Source: Chloroflexota bacterium
GTDB lineage: Bacteria; Chloroflexota; UBA11872
Assembly (NCBI GenBank): GCA_026708035.1
Contig: JAPOVQ010000006.1
Location: 123,554-187,553, forward strand
Direction of reading: 5' to 3'
Length of the DNA: 64,000 nucleotides
Both the position numbers and the translations under genes were made by a program. Shown piece by piece: positions 33,054-43,544 of the stretch (positions within the stretch are counted from its first letter, which is position 1; each line of letters begins with the position of its first letter). The notes under the pieces are model-generated. The model ran no database searches. It was not told the origin of the DNA and saw only the letters and a list, made by a program, of their open reading frames with translations.

Positions 33054-33983
33054 TCAGACGCGCGCCCACGCCGCGGCAAAGGTGCGCTTGGCGTTGCCGA
33101 TGATTTCGGCGGTCGTCTGGTAGGGCGCCGGCTTCATCTCGAAGCTGACCAGCGGCATGGGCGTCGGCAGGTCCTTGTCGAAATAGCCGATCTCGAACAG
33201 CGCGCGCAGGAACGCAGTCAACTCGGGCACGTCGTTCACCCCGCCCGGCTCACCGAACACCGGATGCTGGTCGCCCCATTGCGGGTGGGAGCGGTCGCTG
33301 ATGAGGCAATTGCCGATGTGGGCCTGGATGATGTGATCCGCCGCCTTTCGCACCGAGGTCGGCGGGTCCTCGCCCAGCAGCGGCAGATGGCTGAGGTCCA
33401 GGCAGAGCCCGAAGTTGGGCGTCTCGGCCCGAACCATCTCGCTCACGCGAATACACAGCTCGACCGGACCGAGCAGCGAGCACTTTTCGATGTCGCGGTC
33501 GAACTGCTCCAGCGCGATCCATATGCCCAAGCGGGCGGCGTGGTGGCAGATCTGCTTGAGCGAGTCGGCCAGGCGGACCAGCGCCGGTTCAACGTCGTCG
33601 TCGGTCGCCGGGGCCGAGTTGGGACCGTCGAGCACGCCGACCAGCGTGGCGTCCAGCTCGTGCGCCTCATCGACTCCGCGCAGCATCGCCTCGATGCCCC
33701 GCTCGCGCACGTCGGGATCGGCCGATGAGAGATCGAGCTTCTCCAGCAGCAGCGCCGGGTGCGCCCCGTAGCCAAGCGCCAGCCGGGCCGTGCGCGCGCG
33801 GCGGGCCAGCTCCGCGCGCGTCGCGTCGTCATTGACGTGCGTGACCTCGAGCGCGTGAAAGAAGCCGTCGGTGGCCAACGCCTCGACCGATTCGAGAATC
33901 GGCCCGTCGCCGCTTTGCAGCTCCGGATGCAGCATGAAGTGCACGATGCCCACGTGCATGTAGGCCTCGGGTGGTCGGTCCAT
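33054..33983 (-). CDS. sugar phosphate isomerase/epimerase (xylose isomerase-like TIM barrel)
   Basis: TIM-barrel AP-endonuclease-2/xylose-isomerase-like translation. Start ambiguous among ATGs at 34001, 33983 and 33959. Confidence 0.65.
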   Translation of the reverse strand: MDRPPEAYMHVGIVHFMLHPELQSGDGPILESVEALATDGFFHALEVTHVNDDATRAELARRARTARLALGYGAHPALLLEKLDLSSADPDVRERGIEAMLRGVDEAHELDATLVGVLDGPNSAPATDDDVEPALVRLADSLKQICHHAARLGIWIALEQFDRDIEKCSLLGPVELCIRVSEMVRAETPNFGLCLDLSHLPLLGEDPPTSVRKAADHIIQAHIGNCLISDRSHPQWGDQHPVFGEPGGVNDVPELTAFLRALFEIGYFDKDLPTPMPLVSFEMKPAPYQTTAEIIGNAKRTFAAAWARV

Positions 33984-34061
33984 CGCACGGTCCTCCGTCA
34001 CACGGCATTGCGCGCATCTTGGCCCGAGAGGCTGCGCCTGTCGAGATTCCGGGCGGTGGGG

Positions 34062-37000
34062 CTAGTTGGATTCGGCCGGCGCCCGCTCCACCACCACGTT
34101 GTCGGGTTCGTACTCCCGGGCCACTTGCGCCACCAGCTCGGGGCTGGCGCTCACGGCCTTGGGCCAGCGCAAGCGCGTCACGTCGCCGTCGGGCGCCTCG
34201 ACGTGCAGGTCGAGCGGAACCTCGCCGGGATGGGCGGCGGCCGCTTCGTCCAGCCGGCGCAGCAGGTCGATGTCATGCCCCAGGTCCGGGCTGCGGCGCA
34301 GCACCACGACGACGCGTCGCGGCGCGCCGCCGTTCGTCGCGCCGTTCGATTCCCCGGATACCGCGCACGCATCGTCGCCATTCGCGGAACCGTGCGGCGC
34401 GTCGTCATCGCTCGGCGGCACGTATTCGCTGCCCGCGGCTTGGACCTCCAGGCTGCCGGCCACGGGCGTCGACTCGACCGGAGCATCGGCATCTGCCGCC
34501 GGGGCGGCTGCCTCGGCGCCCATCGCGTCGCCGTTGACCGCGGGTTCAACGTCCACCACCGGATCGTCGCCGATGTCCGAAGCGCTTGGCATCGCCACGG
34601 CCCCGACGTCGGCCGCAGGGACCTGGCCGATACGGGCGTCGGGTTCTAATTCGCTTACGGGCATCGCCGCATCCTGCGAATCATCTGCGGTGGGTTGTGG
34701 CGGGAATAGGTTCTCCGCGACCAGCTGCAGCGATCCCCGCCGGTCCTCGAGCCTGCCCCGGGCCACGATCACGCGGTCGATCTCCAGACTGTCGCCAATC
34801 TGCGCCCATATTCGCGGGAACACGACGACTTCAATCGTTCCCGGCGCATCCTCGAGGGTGACGATGGCCATGGTGTCACCCTTTTGCGTGATGAGTTGCC
34901 GCACGTCCGCCACCAGACCTCCAACGCTGAGGTTCTGGCCGACGTGCGACGGGTCCAGATCGAATATCTGGGTGTCGACGCTGGCGCGCAGGGCCTCGCG
35001 TATGCCCGGGTTCGACAGGGGACTGGGCGAGACATGCAGCCCGAGCAGATCCTTCTCCCAGCGCCGTCGATCGGCGTTGTCAGCCGGTTCGACATCCGGC
35101 AATGCGTCGTCGCTGGTCTCACTGGCGGGCAGCGCACCCATTTCGAACATGGTGGTCTGCCCCGCCACGCGGTCGCTCCGCGCCTGCTGGCCGCGCTTGA
35201 ACGCGGCTTCCAGTCCGGCAAGCAGCCCATTTCGCTCGCCCAGGCCGTCGAGGGCGCCGACTTTGATCAGCGCTTCGATGGTTCGGCGCGTCACGACCCG
35301 TCCGTCGATCCTGGCGCACACGTCGGCCAGCGACTCGAACGGCCCACCGTCCTCGCGCGCGTCCAAGATCGCGACGACCGCCTGCTCCCCGACGGTCTTC
35401 ACGGTCCCGAGGCCAAAGACGATCTGGCGTCCGCGGTGCACGAAGGAGGCGCCGCTCCGGTTGACGTCGGGCGCCAGCACGTCCAGATCGAGCACCTCGG
35501 CCTCGGACTTGGCCCGGGCCACCTTGGCCAGATCGCCGCTGTCGGTGTCCAGCAAGGCGGTGAGGAATTGCACCGGATAGACCGCCTTCAGCCAGGCCGT
35601 CCAGTAGGCGATGACGGCATAGGACACCGCGTGCGCCTTGTTGAATCCGTACCCCGCGAACGGCTCGATCAACCCGAACACGTCCTCGGCGACGGCCGGC
35701 GTAAGCCCGTTGGCCGTCGCCCGTTCGATGAACTCCGTGCGCTCCTTCTCCAGCGCCGCGCGAATCTTCTTGCCGACGGCCTTGCGGAAGCGATCGGCTT
35801 CGTCCCAGTCATAGCCCGCCAGTTCGCGCACCACCCGCAGCACCTGGTCGGCGTAGACGAGCACCCCGTGCGTCTCGCGCAGGATCGGCTCGAGCTTCTC
35901 GTGGGGGTACGTGGGCTGCACGCGCCCGTGCATCGTGTCGATGTAGCGGTCGATGTGCTGCATGGGACCGGGGCGATAGAGGGCGATGATCGCCGCCAGA
36001 TCGTCAATCGTCCTGGGTTGCAGGCGGCGCAGGGTGGAGGTCATGCCGCTGCTCTCGAGTTGGAACATGCCCACCGTGCGCCCGGCCCGCAGCATGGCGA
36101 AGGCCCGGTCGTCGTCCAGCGGGATTTCCTGCGGCGCAATCTCGTCTCCGGTGTCCTCGCGGACCAGCTCGAGCGCGTGCGTGATCGTCCGGAAGTTGGA
36201 CAGCCCCAGGATGTCGAGCTTGAGGATGCCGATGCGATCAATGGTCTGCCCCGTGAACTGCGCCACGGGCTGACCATCGGCCGAGCGCATCAGCGGCACG
36301 TGCTCGATGAGGGGCTCCCGCGACACCACCAGCCCCGCGGCGTGCGTCGAGGCGTGTCGGGACACCCCCTCCACCTCGCGCGCCCGGTCGAGCAATCGCC
36401 GGATCTCGTCGTTGGCGTGGTAGAGCTGCTGCAGCTCCGTCACGGTTTCCAGCGACCGCTCGATGGTGAAGGGATTCACCGGATTCACCGGAATCAGCTT
36501 GGCCACGCGGTCCACGTCGGGCAGCGGCAGGTCCATCACGCGGCCCACGTCGCGCACGGCCGCCCGCGCCGCCAGGGTGCCGAACGTCGCGATCTGCGCC
36601 ACGTGATCCGACCCGTAGGTGTCGGAGATGTAGTTGATGACCTCGTCCCGCCGGTCGCTGGGAAAGTCGAGGTCCACGTCGGGCATGGACCCCTTGCGCC
36701 CGACGGTGAGGAAGCGCTCGAACATGATGTCGTGCTTGATCGGGTCGATGTCCGACATGCCCATCGCAAAGGCGACCAGGCTGCCGTTTACGGAGCCGCG
36801 CGGGGCCGTGAGCATCCCGCCGTCGCGGGCGAAGCGAACAATGTCGCCGACGAGCACCAGGTACGACGCGAACTCGGTCTGCTCAATCACATCCAGCTCG
36901 TACGCCAAGCGCTCCGCATAGACGGGCGACGGGTCGGCGGCCAGCCGCGTTCGCAAGCCCCGCTGCGCCTGGTCGCGCAGGTAGTCGATGGCGCTGCCTC

Positions 37001-37865
37001 CGCCGGGCAGAGCGATTTCGGGCATCGCAATGCGTCCGAACGGCAGGTCGATGTCGCACCGATCCGCGATCGTCACCGTGTTCGCCAGGGCGTCCGGAAC
37101 GTCGGTGAACACCCCCGCCATTTCCTCGGGCGCGCGAAGGTGGAAGTCGCCCTCCATCCGCAGGCGTGACGTGTCCGAGAGCGTGCGCCCGGTCTGAATG
37201 CAGAGCAGCGTGTCGTGGGCGTCGCGGTCCTCCCGGCGCACGTAGTGCACGTCATTCGTCGCCACCAGCGGCAGACCCAGGCCGTCGGCCAACTCCATCA
37301 GCCGTTGGTAGTTCGACTCCAGCTCCGGCTGCGAGCGCTGGACTTCGATGTAGTAGTTCCCCTCGCCGTACACCTCGGCGTGCCAGCGCGCCACGGACTC
37401 CGCGTGCGCCATGTCGCCCGCCTCGATGGCGCGCATCAGCTCACCCGAGGGGCACCCGCTCAGACAGATCAGCCCCTCGCTGTGCTCGCGCAGCAGTTCG
37501 CGATCTACCCGTGGGCGGTAGTAGAAGCCCTCCAGGTGCGCGCGCGAGGTGAGCTTGACGAGGCTGCGATAGCCCTCGTGGTTGCGCGCCAGCAGCGTGA
37601 GATGAAACGCGCGCCGGTCGAGGGTGGCATCGCGGTCGGTGCGGGACCGCGGGGCGACGTAGACCTCGCAGCCGATGATCGGGCGCACGCCGGCGTCCTT
37701 GGCCGCCAGGTAGAAGTCGGCAGCGCCGTACATGACCCCGTGATCGGTGAGGGCGACGGCGTCCATCTCGAGCTCGCGGGTGCGGTCGAGGATGTCGGGA
37801 ATGCGGCAGAAGCCGTCGAGCAGGCTGAATTCGCTGTGAACATGCAGATGGGCGAAATCAGCCAC
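34062..37865 (-). CDS. dnaE: DNA polymerase III alpha subunit
   Basis: PHP domain (HLHVHSEFSLLDG), polymerase core and OB fold. Long acidic low-complexity C-terminal region, then a short conserved tail. Confidence 0.9.
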   Translation of the reverse strand: MADFAHLHVHSEFSLLDGFCRIPDILDRTRELEMDAVALTDHGVMYGAADFYLAAKDAGVRPIIGCEVYVAPRSRTDRDATLDRRAFHLTLLARNHEGYRSLVKLTSRAHLEGFYYRPRVDRELLREHSEGLICLSGCPSGELMRAIEAGDMAHAESVARWHAEVYGEGNYYIEVQRSQPELESNYQRLMELADGLGLPLVATNDVHYVRREDRDAHDTLLCIQTGRTLSDTSRLRMEGDFHLRAPEEMAGVFTDVPDALANTVTIADRCDIDLPFGRIAMPEIALPGGGSAIDYLRDQAQRGLRTRLAADPSPVYAERLAYELDVIEQTEFASYLVLVGDIVRFARDGGMLTAPRGSVNGSLVAFAMGMSDIDPIKHDIMFERFLTVGRKGSMPDVDLDFPSDRRDEVINYISDTYGSDHVAQIATFGTLAARAAVRDVGRVMDLPLPDVDRVAKLIPVNPVNPFTIERSLETVTELQQLYHANDEIRRLLDRAREVEGVSRHASTHAAGLVVSREPLIEHVPLMRSADGQPVAQFTGQTIDRIGILKLDILGLSNFRTITHALELVREDTGDEIAPQEIPLDDDRAFAMLRAGRTVGMFQLESSGMTSTLRRLQPRTIDDLAAIIALYRPGPMQHIDRYIDTMHGRVQPTYPHEKLEPILRETHGVLVYADQVLRVVRELAGYDWDEADRFRKAVGKKIRAALEKERTEFIERATANGLTPAVAEDVFGLIEPFAGYGFNKAHAVSYAVIAYWTAWLKAVYPVQFLTALLDTDSGDLAKVARAKSEAEVLDLDVLAPDVNRSGASFVHRGRQIVFGLGTVKTVGEQAVVAILDAREDGGPFESLADVCARIDGRVVTRRTIEALIKVGALDGLGERNGLLAGLEAAFKRGQQARSDRVAGQTTMFEMGALPASETSDDALPDVEPADNADRRRWEKDLLGLHVSPSPLSNPGIREALRASVDTQIFDLDPSHVGQNLSVGGLVADVRQLITQKGDTMAIVTLEDAPGTIEVVVFPRIWAQIGDSLEIDRVIVARGRLEDRRGSLQLVAENLFPPQPTADDSQDAAMPVSELEPDARIGQVPAADVGAVAMPSASDIGDDPVVDVEPAVNGDAMGAEAAAPAADADAPVESTPVAGSLEVQAAGSEYVPPSDDDAPHGSANGDDACAVSGESNGATNGGAPRRVVVVLRRSPDLGHDIDLLRRLDEAAAAHPGEVPLDLHVEAPDGDVTRLRWPKAVSASPELVAQVAREYEPDNVVVERAPAESN

Positions 37866-37942
37866 GCCGCGCCTCCCCGGTCAGCCGGCGGCATTGTAGG
37901 CACCGAACATATTGCGGACAAACGGGGGGCGCCGACGGCCCT

Positions 37943-38165
37943 GTAGGGGCGCCCCTGGTGGGCGCCCGAATCTCGGCGCCGGTGGGACCGCCGGCGGGCA
38001 GCCACAAGGGCTGCCCCTACAGCCGGAAGGCCCAGGCCGCCCGGTGGACCCATCTCGGCTCGAGTCCGGTCCCCTCTCCCCGCAGGAGAGGGTTAGGGTG
38101 AGGGGAACGGCCGATCCCACGCTGCACGCAGCGCGGGCCACCGGACGCGCAGCGCGGCCTACCAG
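37943..38165. repeat. composite repeat cluster: family A (reverse orientation), family B, family D
   Basis: Family A at 37943-38020 (GTAGGGGCGCCCC...GGGCAGCCACAAGGGCTGCCCCTAC), family B at 38068-38104, family D (CCCACGCTGCACGCAGCGCGGGCCACCGG) at 38110-38140. Between dnaE and the MFS gene. Confidence 0.7.
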
Positions 38166-38210
38166 GTGCGCCCGTAGAATGGCCGCGCCGTTCATCCCGG
38201 GGGTCTCTGC

Positions 38211-39389
38211 GTGCTGCGTGCGCCTCGCATGGCCCCGTTCGGCTGGCTCGCGGCCGCCAACTTTGCGTTCGGTTTGGCCATGGGCATCTACCAGACGATC
38301 TTCTTCAACTTTATCGGCCAGGACCTCGGCATCAGTCCCAATGAACTGGGGCTGCTGGAGACGGTTCGTGAGATTCCGGGGCTGCTCACGGCCGGCATCG
38401 CGGCGCTGGTGATGACGGTGGCGGAACCGGTGGTGGGAGCCGTGGCGCTGCTGATGCTTGGCGTGGGATTCGTCAACTACTTCCACATCGACGGCATCCC
38501 GAGCCTGATCCTCTTCTCGCTCGTGGCCAGCGTGGGCTTCCACATGTGGATGCCGATATCCAGCACCCTGGCCCTGCGCCTGAGCCGCGTCACCGAGCAG
38601 GGCAGCCGGCTGGGCCGGCTCCGCGCCGTGGCGGCGGTGGCCAACCTCGCCGGCATCGGGCTCGTGGCGCTGGTGGCGGGAGCGAGTGGGCTGCGGCCGC
38701 TCTTCGTCGTGGCCGGCGTGCTGGCGATCGCCGGCGCGCTACTGGTCCTGCGCGTGCGCGGGGTGCCGCGCACCAAGCGTCCGCCGCGCATCCTGGTTCG
38801 GCGGGCATATGGGCTCTACTACGCGCTGACCTTTCTCGACGGCGCCCGCCGCCACATCTTCATGACCTTCGCCCTGTTCCTGCTGGTGCGAGATTACGAA
38901 TCGCCCGTGCAGACCATCGCGATCCTCAGCCTCATCAATGGCGTCGTCAGCATCGCGGCCGTGTACCAATTCGGCCGCCTGATCGACCGGTTCGGCGAGC
39001 GCCGCATCCTCATGGTCGCCTACGGCGCGCTGGCCCTGATCTTCGTCGGCTATGCCGCCATCCCCGTGCTCGCCGTGCTCTTCGTGCTGTACGTGCTGGA
39101 CAACCTGTTCTTCAGCGCCGACACGGGCGTCACGACCTATCTCGGCAAGATCGCGGTCGACCCCGCCGACATCAGGCCAAGCCTGGTGACCGGCATGACG
39201 GTCAACCACATCGCCGCGGTCATCATCCCCATCACCGGCGGGATCCTCTGGGAAGCCTATGGCCACTGGGTCCCGTTTATTGCCGGCGCAATCCTGGCCG
39301 TTGCCTCGCTGGCGTTGAGCTCACGCATTCGCGTGCACGTGAAAGAAACCGCTCCGTCGCCGGTGGCCAAAGCCATGGATTCGCCCTAA
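38211..39389 (+). CDS. MFS transporter
   Basis: Twelve predicted hydrophobic helices and MFS-like loop motifs. Start uncertain (ATG 38211 or 38229). Confidence 0.75.
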   Translation: MLRAPRMAPFGWLAAANFAFGLAMGIYQTIFFNFIGQDLGISPNELGLLETVREIPGLLTAGIAALVMTVAEPVVGAVALLMLGVGFVNYFHIDGIPSLILFSLVASVGFHMWMPISSTLALRLSRVTEQGSRLGRLRAVAAVANLAGIGLVALVAGASGLRPLFVVAGVLAIAGALLVLRVRGVPRTKRPPRILVRRAYGLYYALTFLDGARRHIFMTFALFLLVRDYESPVQTIAILSLINGVVSIAAVYQFGRLIDRFGERRILMVAYGALALIFVGYAAIPVLAVLFVLYVLDNLFFSADTGVTTYLGKIAVDPADIRPSLVTGMTVNHIAAVIIPITGGILWEAYGHWVPFIAGAILAVASLALSSRIRVHVKETAPSPVAKAMDSP

Positions 39390-39401
39390 TCAGACACCCG
39401 A

Positions 39402-40523
39402 TTACGGCAGAGAGTTCCGTTCCGTCCAGTCGATGATTTCGGTGGTGAGCATGTATTCGATGGGCTGTTCCTCGGTGCGCTCGGCCAGCCAGGCATCGAG
39501 CTTCCGCGCTCGCAGCGTTCGAGCGTGCTCCGCGCTCAGCGGACGCTCGTCCACGCGGTCGGTCACGCGGAGCAGATACCAGCCCAGGTTGCCTTCAAAG
39601 GGACCGACGAGCTCGCCGATCGGTGAGGTAAAGGCCACAGCGTCCCAGGCCTCCGGGCGGATGCCGCTGGGCGTCCAATCGACCTCCCCGCCGGCGGTGC
39701 GCGAGACGCTATCGACCGATACCTCGCGCGCCACGTCCTCCATCGACTCGCCGTCCTCGATGCGCTGGATCACCTCGGCGGCGTCCTCCTCGCGGGCGAG
39801 CACGATTTCCACGGCCTTGACGTGGGCGGGCATGGGGTCCGTTTCGGCAAATAGCTCATCGGCGAGCCGCTGCCGGCGGAAGCTGTCCGCCGCGAATCGC
39901 TCGATGGTCGCGGCGTCGAGACCGGTAGCCTCCCGGATGGCCTCGACGGCCGCTGCCTGGGCGTCCTCCCGTTCCGGCGCCACGCCGGCCAGCGCCACCA
40001 GCTGCGCGCGGAGCTCGTCCGGAGCGACCTCACGGCCTTCCGCCGTCCAGGCATCGCGGATCAGGACCGCATGCGCCAGATGGGACACGCCGTTGAACAC
40101 CACGCCCCCGAGCTGCGCGCGCAGGTCGCCCGCCCGCGCCTCGTAGTCCGCGACCGTCTCGTCCGCGTCCAGGGCCGCAAGCTCTTGCTGCAACTGGTAG
40201 CGGCGGAACGACAAGAAGTCCCGGTACTCGGTTGCCGTGACCGGTTCGGACCCAACCGTGGCCACGGCCGAGTTCGGCAGCGCGCCATACTCCGAGTAGA
40301 AGGCGCTCCCGACGAGGCTGAGCACCACGGCGGCGGCCAGGCCGGCCACGAGCGTCATCCATTTCGCCGCCGCGGCGGTGCGCTGGGGACGGCTGAGCAT
40401 GCGCCAGTCCCGCACGGCGACCATGAGGTCGCGCCAGCCGATCGTCGCGGTGCGGGGGCGGCGCTGCTCCCGCCGGCGGTCGCGCTCGGCACGGCGCCGC
40501 TGGGCATGGGTGCGCGGGGCCAT
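39402..40523 (-). CDS. PpiC-type peptidyl-prolyl cis-trans isomerase with SurA-like N-domain, membrane anchored
   Basis: N-terminal TM helix, SurA-N-like region and a parvulin domain near the C-terminus (VDWTPSGIRPEAWDAVAFTSPIGELVGPFEGNLGWYLLRV). Confidence 0.7.
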   Translation of the reverse strand: MAPRTHAQRRRAERDRRREQRRPRTATIGWRDLMVAVRDWRMLSRPQRTAAAAKWMTLVAGLAAAVVLSLVGSAFYSEYGALPNSAVATVGSEPVTATEYRDFLSFRRYQLQQELAALDADETVADYEARAGDLRAQLGGVVFNGVSHLAHAVLIRDAWTAEGREVAPDELRAQLVALAGVAPEREDAQAAAVEAIREATGLDAATIERFAADSFRRQRLADELFAETDPMPAHVKAVEIVLAREEDAAEVIQRIEDGESMEDVAREVSVDSVSRTAGGEVDWTPSGIRPEAWDAVAFTSPIGELVGPFEGNLGWYLLRVTDRVDERPLSAEHARTLRARKLDAWLAERTEEQPIEYMLTTEIIDWTERNSLP

Positions 40524-40543
40524 GCGGCGCCTGCGACTAGGCG

Positions 40544-40924
40544 CTACGCGTGCAGGCGGCGACGCACGACGTACGGCAGCAGGGCGAGGTAGCGCGCGCG
40601 CTTGATGGCGCGGGCCAACTCACGCTGGTGACGCGCGCACGTCGACGTCTTGCGGCGTGTCTCGATTCGACCCGAATCGGCGATGAATCGGCGCAGGAGT
40701 TGGGCGTTCTTGAAGTCGATCGGCTCCCGCGTCTCGCAGAAGTAGCACGCGCGACGGCGAAAGCCGCGCCCGCCCCGCCGCGACCGCCCGCCGCGTCCGC
40801 CGCCGCCACCGCCAGCGCCGCCACCCGAGCGTGTGTCGGGCGTCGTCGGTCGGGCGTCCTCGCGGATCTGCCGCGCCGAAGCCGGGGCGCCCTCACTCGG
40901 AGCGCCGGAACCTTGGTCAGTCAT
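40544..40924 (-). CDS. rpsR: 30S ribosomal protein S18 with Gly/Arg-rich N-terminal extension
   Basis: CYFCE...IDFKN...LRRFI...TCARHQRELA.AIKRARYLALLPY core, preceded by about 45 aa of G/R-rich sequence. Confidence 0.85.
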   Translation of the reverse strand: MTDQGSGAPSEGAPASARQIREDARPTTPDTRSGGGAGGGGGGRGGRSRRGGRGFRRRACYFCETREPIDFKNAQLLRRFIADSGRIETRRKTSTCARHQRELARAIKRARYLALLPYVVRRRLHA

Positions 40925-40951
40925 GCAACCTCACGGTGAAACACGGAGACC

Positions 40952-41446
40952 TCAAAAGGGGAGGTCGTCGGCGGTGATCGAGTCGTCATCGTTGGCGCGG
41001 CCGCCCTGGGGCTGCTGACCGCGAGGTTCGCGCCGGTCCCCGCCGCCGCCGTCGTCGTCGCGCGGCGGCCCATCGGCGTCGTCGCGCCCGCCGAGCATGA
41101 TCAGGTCGCGCACGACAAGCTCGGTGCTCGTGCGGTCGTTGCCCTCGCGGTCTTGCCATTCGCGCGTCTGAAGGCGACCTTCCAGATACACCCTGGCGCC
41201 GCGCCGGAGATACTGATTCGCAACCTCGGCCAACTGGCTCCAGACGACAACGCGGAACCATTCGGTGCGCTCGCGCTGCTCGCCGCCGCGGCTGCGCCAA
41301 GTCTCGTTGACCGCCACGGTGAAATTGGCGACCGGCGTGCCGTCCTGCGTGAAGCGCAGCTCGGGATCACGGCCAAGATTGCCGATGATCTGCACCTTGT
41401 TGAGCCCACGGGACCGACCGCGGCGACGGCCGCCGTCGTCGTTCAT
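40952..41446 (-). CDS. ssb: single-stranded DNA-binding protein
   Basis: [19 protein letters not shown] fold, Gly/Asp/Arg-rich tail, C-terminal DDLPF tip. Confidence 0.85.
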   Translation of the reverse strand: MNDDGGRRRGRSRGLNKVQIIGNLGRDPELRFTQDGTPVANFTVAVNETWRSRGGEQRERTEWFRVVVWSQLAEVANQYLRRGARVYLEGRLQTREWQDREGNDRTSTELVVRDLIMLGGRDDADGPPRDDDGGGGDRREPRGQQPQGGRANDDDSITADDLPF

Positions 41447-41793
41447 CGCCGGCCTTCGCTCTCGACCGCCAGCGCGGGCGACATATCGAACTCTTGACGT
41501 GCAATCAGGAAACGCATCACGTCCTCGTTGATGCGCAGCGACTGCTCGAGATTCCAGATGCGAGACGGATCGGCGGAGAACTCCAGCAGCACATAGTGCC
41601 CTTCGCGCTCGTCTTGAATGGAGTAGGCGAGCTTGCGCTTGCCCCAGCTGTTCACGCTGTTGACCTCGCCGCCCGCGCCGCTGATGTGGTCCGCCACGGT
41701 GTCAATGTGACTCGAGGTCAGGGTGGGGATGCGCTCGACGCCATAGATCACCACGAGCGCGTAGTCGCGTACCAAACGGCCCTTCCCACTGGG
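41443..41793 (-). CDS. rpsF: 30S ribosomal protein S6
   Basis: S6-like core ([10 protein letters not shown]...). ORF is open to ATG 41895, but the conserved S6 N-terminus begins near a TTG at about 41793 preceded by GGGAAGGG. Start uncertain. Confidence 0.7.
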   Translation of the reverse strand, partial: PSGKGRLVRDYALVVIYGVERIPTLTSSHIDTVADHISGAGGEVNSVNSWGKRKLAYSIQDEREGHYVLLEFSADPSRIWNLEQSLRINEDVMRFLIARQEFDMSPALAVESEGRR

Positions 41794-41877
41794 TTTGCAC
41801 GGCTCGAAAAACGGCCGCGCCGAAAGGGTTCTTGCGTTCGTTGCCATACTAGCACGGGGTATCTCCGAGGCTGACGC

Positions 41878-42846
41878 ATGGCGTCCTGGTCCCAACTGCT
41901 ATGGCTGGCTGCGCTGGCGGGCGGCGCCTGGGCGGCGACGCGCGGGCGACCGCAGCCGTTTGACGTGGAAGCCCACCTGGACGGGGGAACGCTGCGGCCG
42001 GTGTCGGAAGGACGGCTCTACCACCGGGCGGTAGGCGCCGGACCCGACCTGGTGATGCTTCCGGGCTTCGGCGGCAATGTCAGCACCTGGGAATTCATCA
42101 CCCCGCCGCTGGCGGAGACCCATCGCGTGCACTGGGTGGACCTGCTGGGGCACGGGCTCTCGGACAAGCCGGCCGCAGCGAACTATGGCGCTCCCGCGCA
42201 GGCCGAGCGGCTGGGCCAGCTGCTCCGCGCCGAGGGGCTTGAGCGCGTGGTCATCGTGGGCAGCTCGGCCGCCGGTCAGCCCGCCGTCGCCCTGGCCGCG
42301 CGGCATCCAGACCGGGTGGCGGGGCTGGTGCTGGTCGATCCCTTCCTGGTCGCCGGGCCCGGGGTTCGCCTGGGCATCTGGCTCACCCGGCAGCTGCCGG
42401 GCACGTCGGGAATCGTGCTGCGCACGCTGAGCTCGCAGCGATGGTACGTGCGCCTGAGCAACATGATCGGCCGGCGGCATCCGCTGACCGTGGACCGGGC
42501 GACGGTGGACCGGCAGTACCTGCCCTATGGCGCGCCCGGGTTCCTGGACGCTCTGCCCGCACTCCTTGCCGGCGTCGATCCCGCCCCGGCGCAAGCATCG
42601 ATCGGCCAGGTGCGGTGCCCGGTGCTGTTGATCTGGGGCGCGGCGGATCGACTGGCGGGCCGCGGTCAAGCCCTGGCCCTGGCGGCAAGTTTCCAGGACG
42701 CCGAACCCGTGATCCTGGAAGACGCCGGCCACGTGCCCCAGGAGGAAGTGCCCGAACAGGTGGTCGCCTGCATGCGACCGTTCCTGGAGCGCGTACACCG
42801 TCAGAGCCTCTCTCAGAATGGTCGGGGAGTCGCGCCGCCGGGATGA
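41878..42846 (+). CDS. alpha/beta fold hydrolase
   Basis: HG oxyanion region (LPGFGG), nucleophile-elbow-like IVGSSAAG with one residue inserted relative to GxSxG, C-terminal Asp/His region (DAGHVPQEE). Confidence 0.7.
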   Translation: MASWSQLLWLAALAGGAWAATRGRPQPFDVEAHLDGGTLRPVSEGRLYHRAVGAGPDLVMLPGFGGNVSTWEFITPPLAETHRVHWVDLLGHGLSDKPAAANYGAPAQAERLGQLLRAEGLERVVIVGSSAAGQPAVALAARHPDRVAGLVLVDPFLVAGPGVRLGIWLTRQLPGTSGIVLRTLSSQRWYVRLSNMIGRRHPLTVDRATVDRQYLPYGAPGFLDALPALLAGVDPAPAQASIGQVRCPVLLIWGAADRLAGRGQALALAASFQDAEPVILEDAGHVPQEEVPEQVVACMRPFLERVHRQSLSQNGRGVAPPG

Positions 42847-43543
42847 AGCGCGGGGCGCCGCGCTCACCGAGCTCCAACAGCGGATCGCCGACTGCCGGCG
42901 CTGCCCGCGATTGGTGGCATGGCGGGAGCGGACCGCGCGTGAGAAGCGCGCCGCCTATCGCTCCGAGACCTATTGGGGGCGTCCGGTGCCCGGATTCGGC
43001 GACCCGACGGCTCGGATTCTCATCGTCGGTCTCGCGCCCGCCGCGCACGGCGGCAACCGCACCGGACGGGTGTTCACCGGCGACCGCTCCGGCAACTTCC
43101 TGTTCGGCGCCCTGCACCGGGCGGGTCTGGCCAACCAGTCCACGAGCACCCACCGGGGCGACGGCCTACGGCTGCGCAACGCGTTCGTCACCGCCACGGT
43201 GCGCTGCGCGCCGCCCGCCAACAAGCCGACCACCGAGGAGCGCGAGAACTGCCGCGCCTACCTGGAGACCGAGCTCGACCTGCTCGCCGACGTCCGCGTG
43301 ATGATCGCCCTGGGCGGCTACGCCTGGTCGCAAGTCGTGCGCATTTGCCGCGCTCGGGGGGACGTGCCGTCGCCCACGCCGGCGCGCTTCGGCCACGGCG
43401 CCGAGGTCACGCTGGGCGACCGGACGCTGCTCGGCTCCTATCACCCCAGCCAGCAGAACACATTCACCGGCCGCCTCACGCCGGACATGCTGGACCACGT
43501 GCTCGAACGGGCGGTGGGGCTGGCGGGCGAGAACGCTCGTTAG
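42818..43543 (+). CDS. uracil-DNA glycosylase, family 4/5 type (UdgB-like)
   Basis: CRRCPRL Fe-S cysteines, GLAPAAHGG motif (family-5-like variant of GEAPG) and HPS near the C-terminus. Overlaps the upstream gene by 29 nt if ATG 42818 is used. Confidence 0.75.
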   Translation: MVGESRRRDEARGAALTELQQRIADCRRCPRLVAWRERTAREKRAAYRSETYWGRPVPGFGDPTARILIVGLAPAAHGGNRTGRVFTGDRSGNFLFGALHRAGLANQSTSTHRGDGLRLRNAFVTATVRCAPPANKPTTEERENCRAYLETELDLLADVRVMIALGGYAWSQVVRICRARGDVPSPTPARFGHGAEVTLGDRTLLGSYHPSQQNTFTGRLTPDMLDHVLERAVGLAGENAR

Positions 43544-43544
43544 C

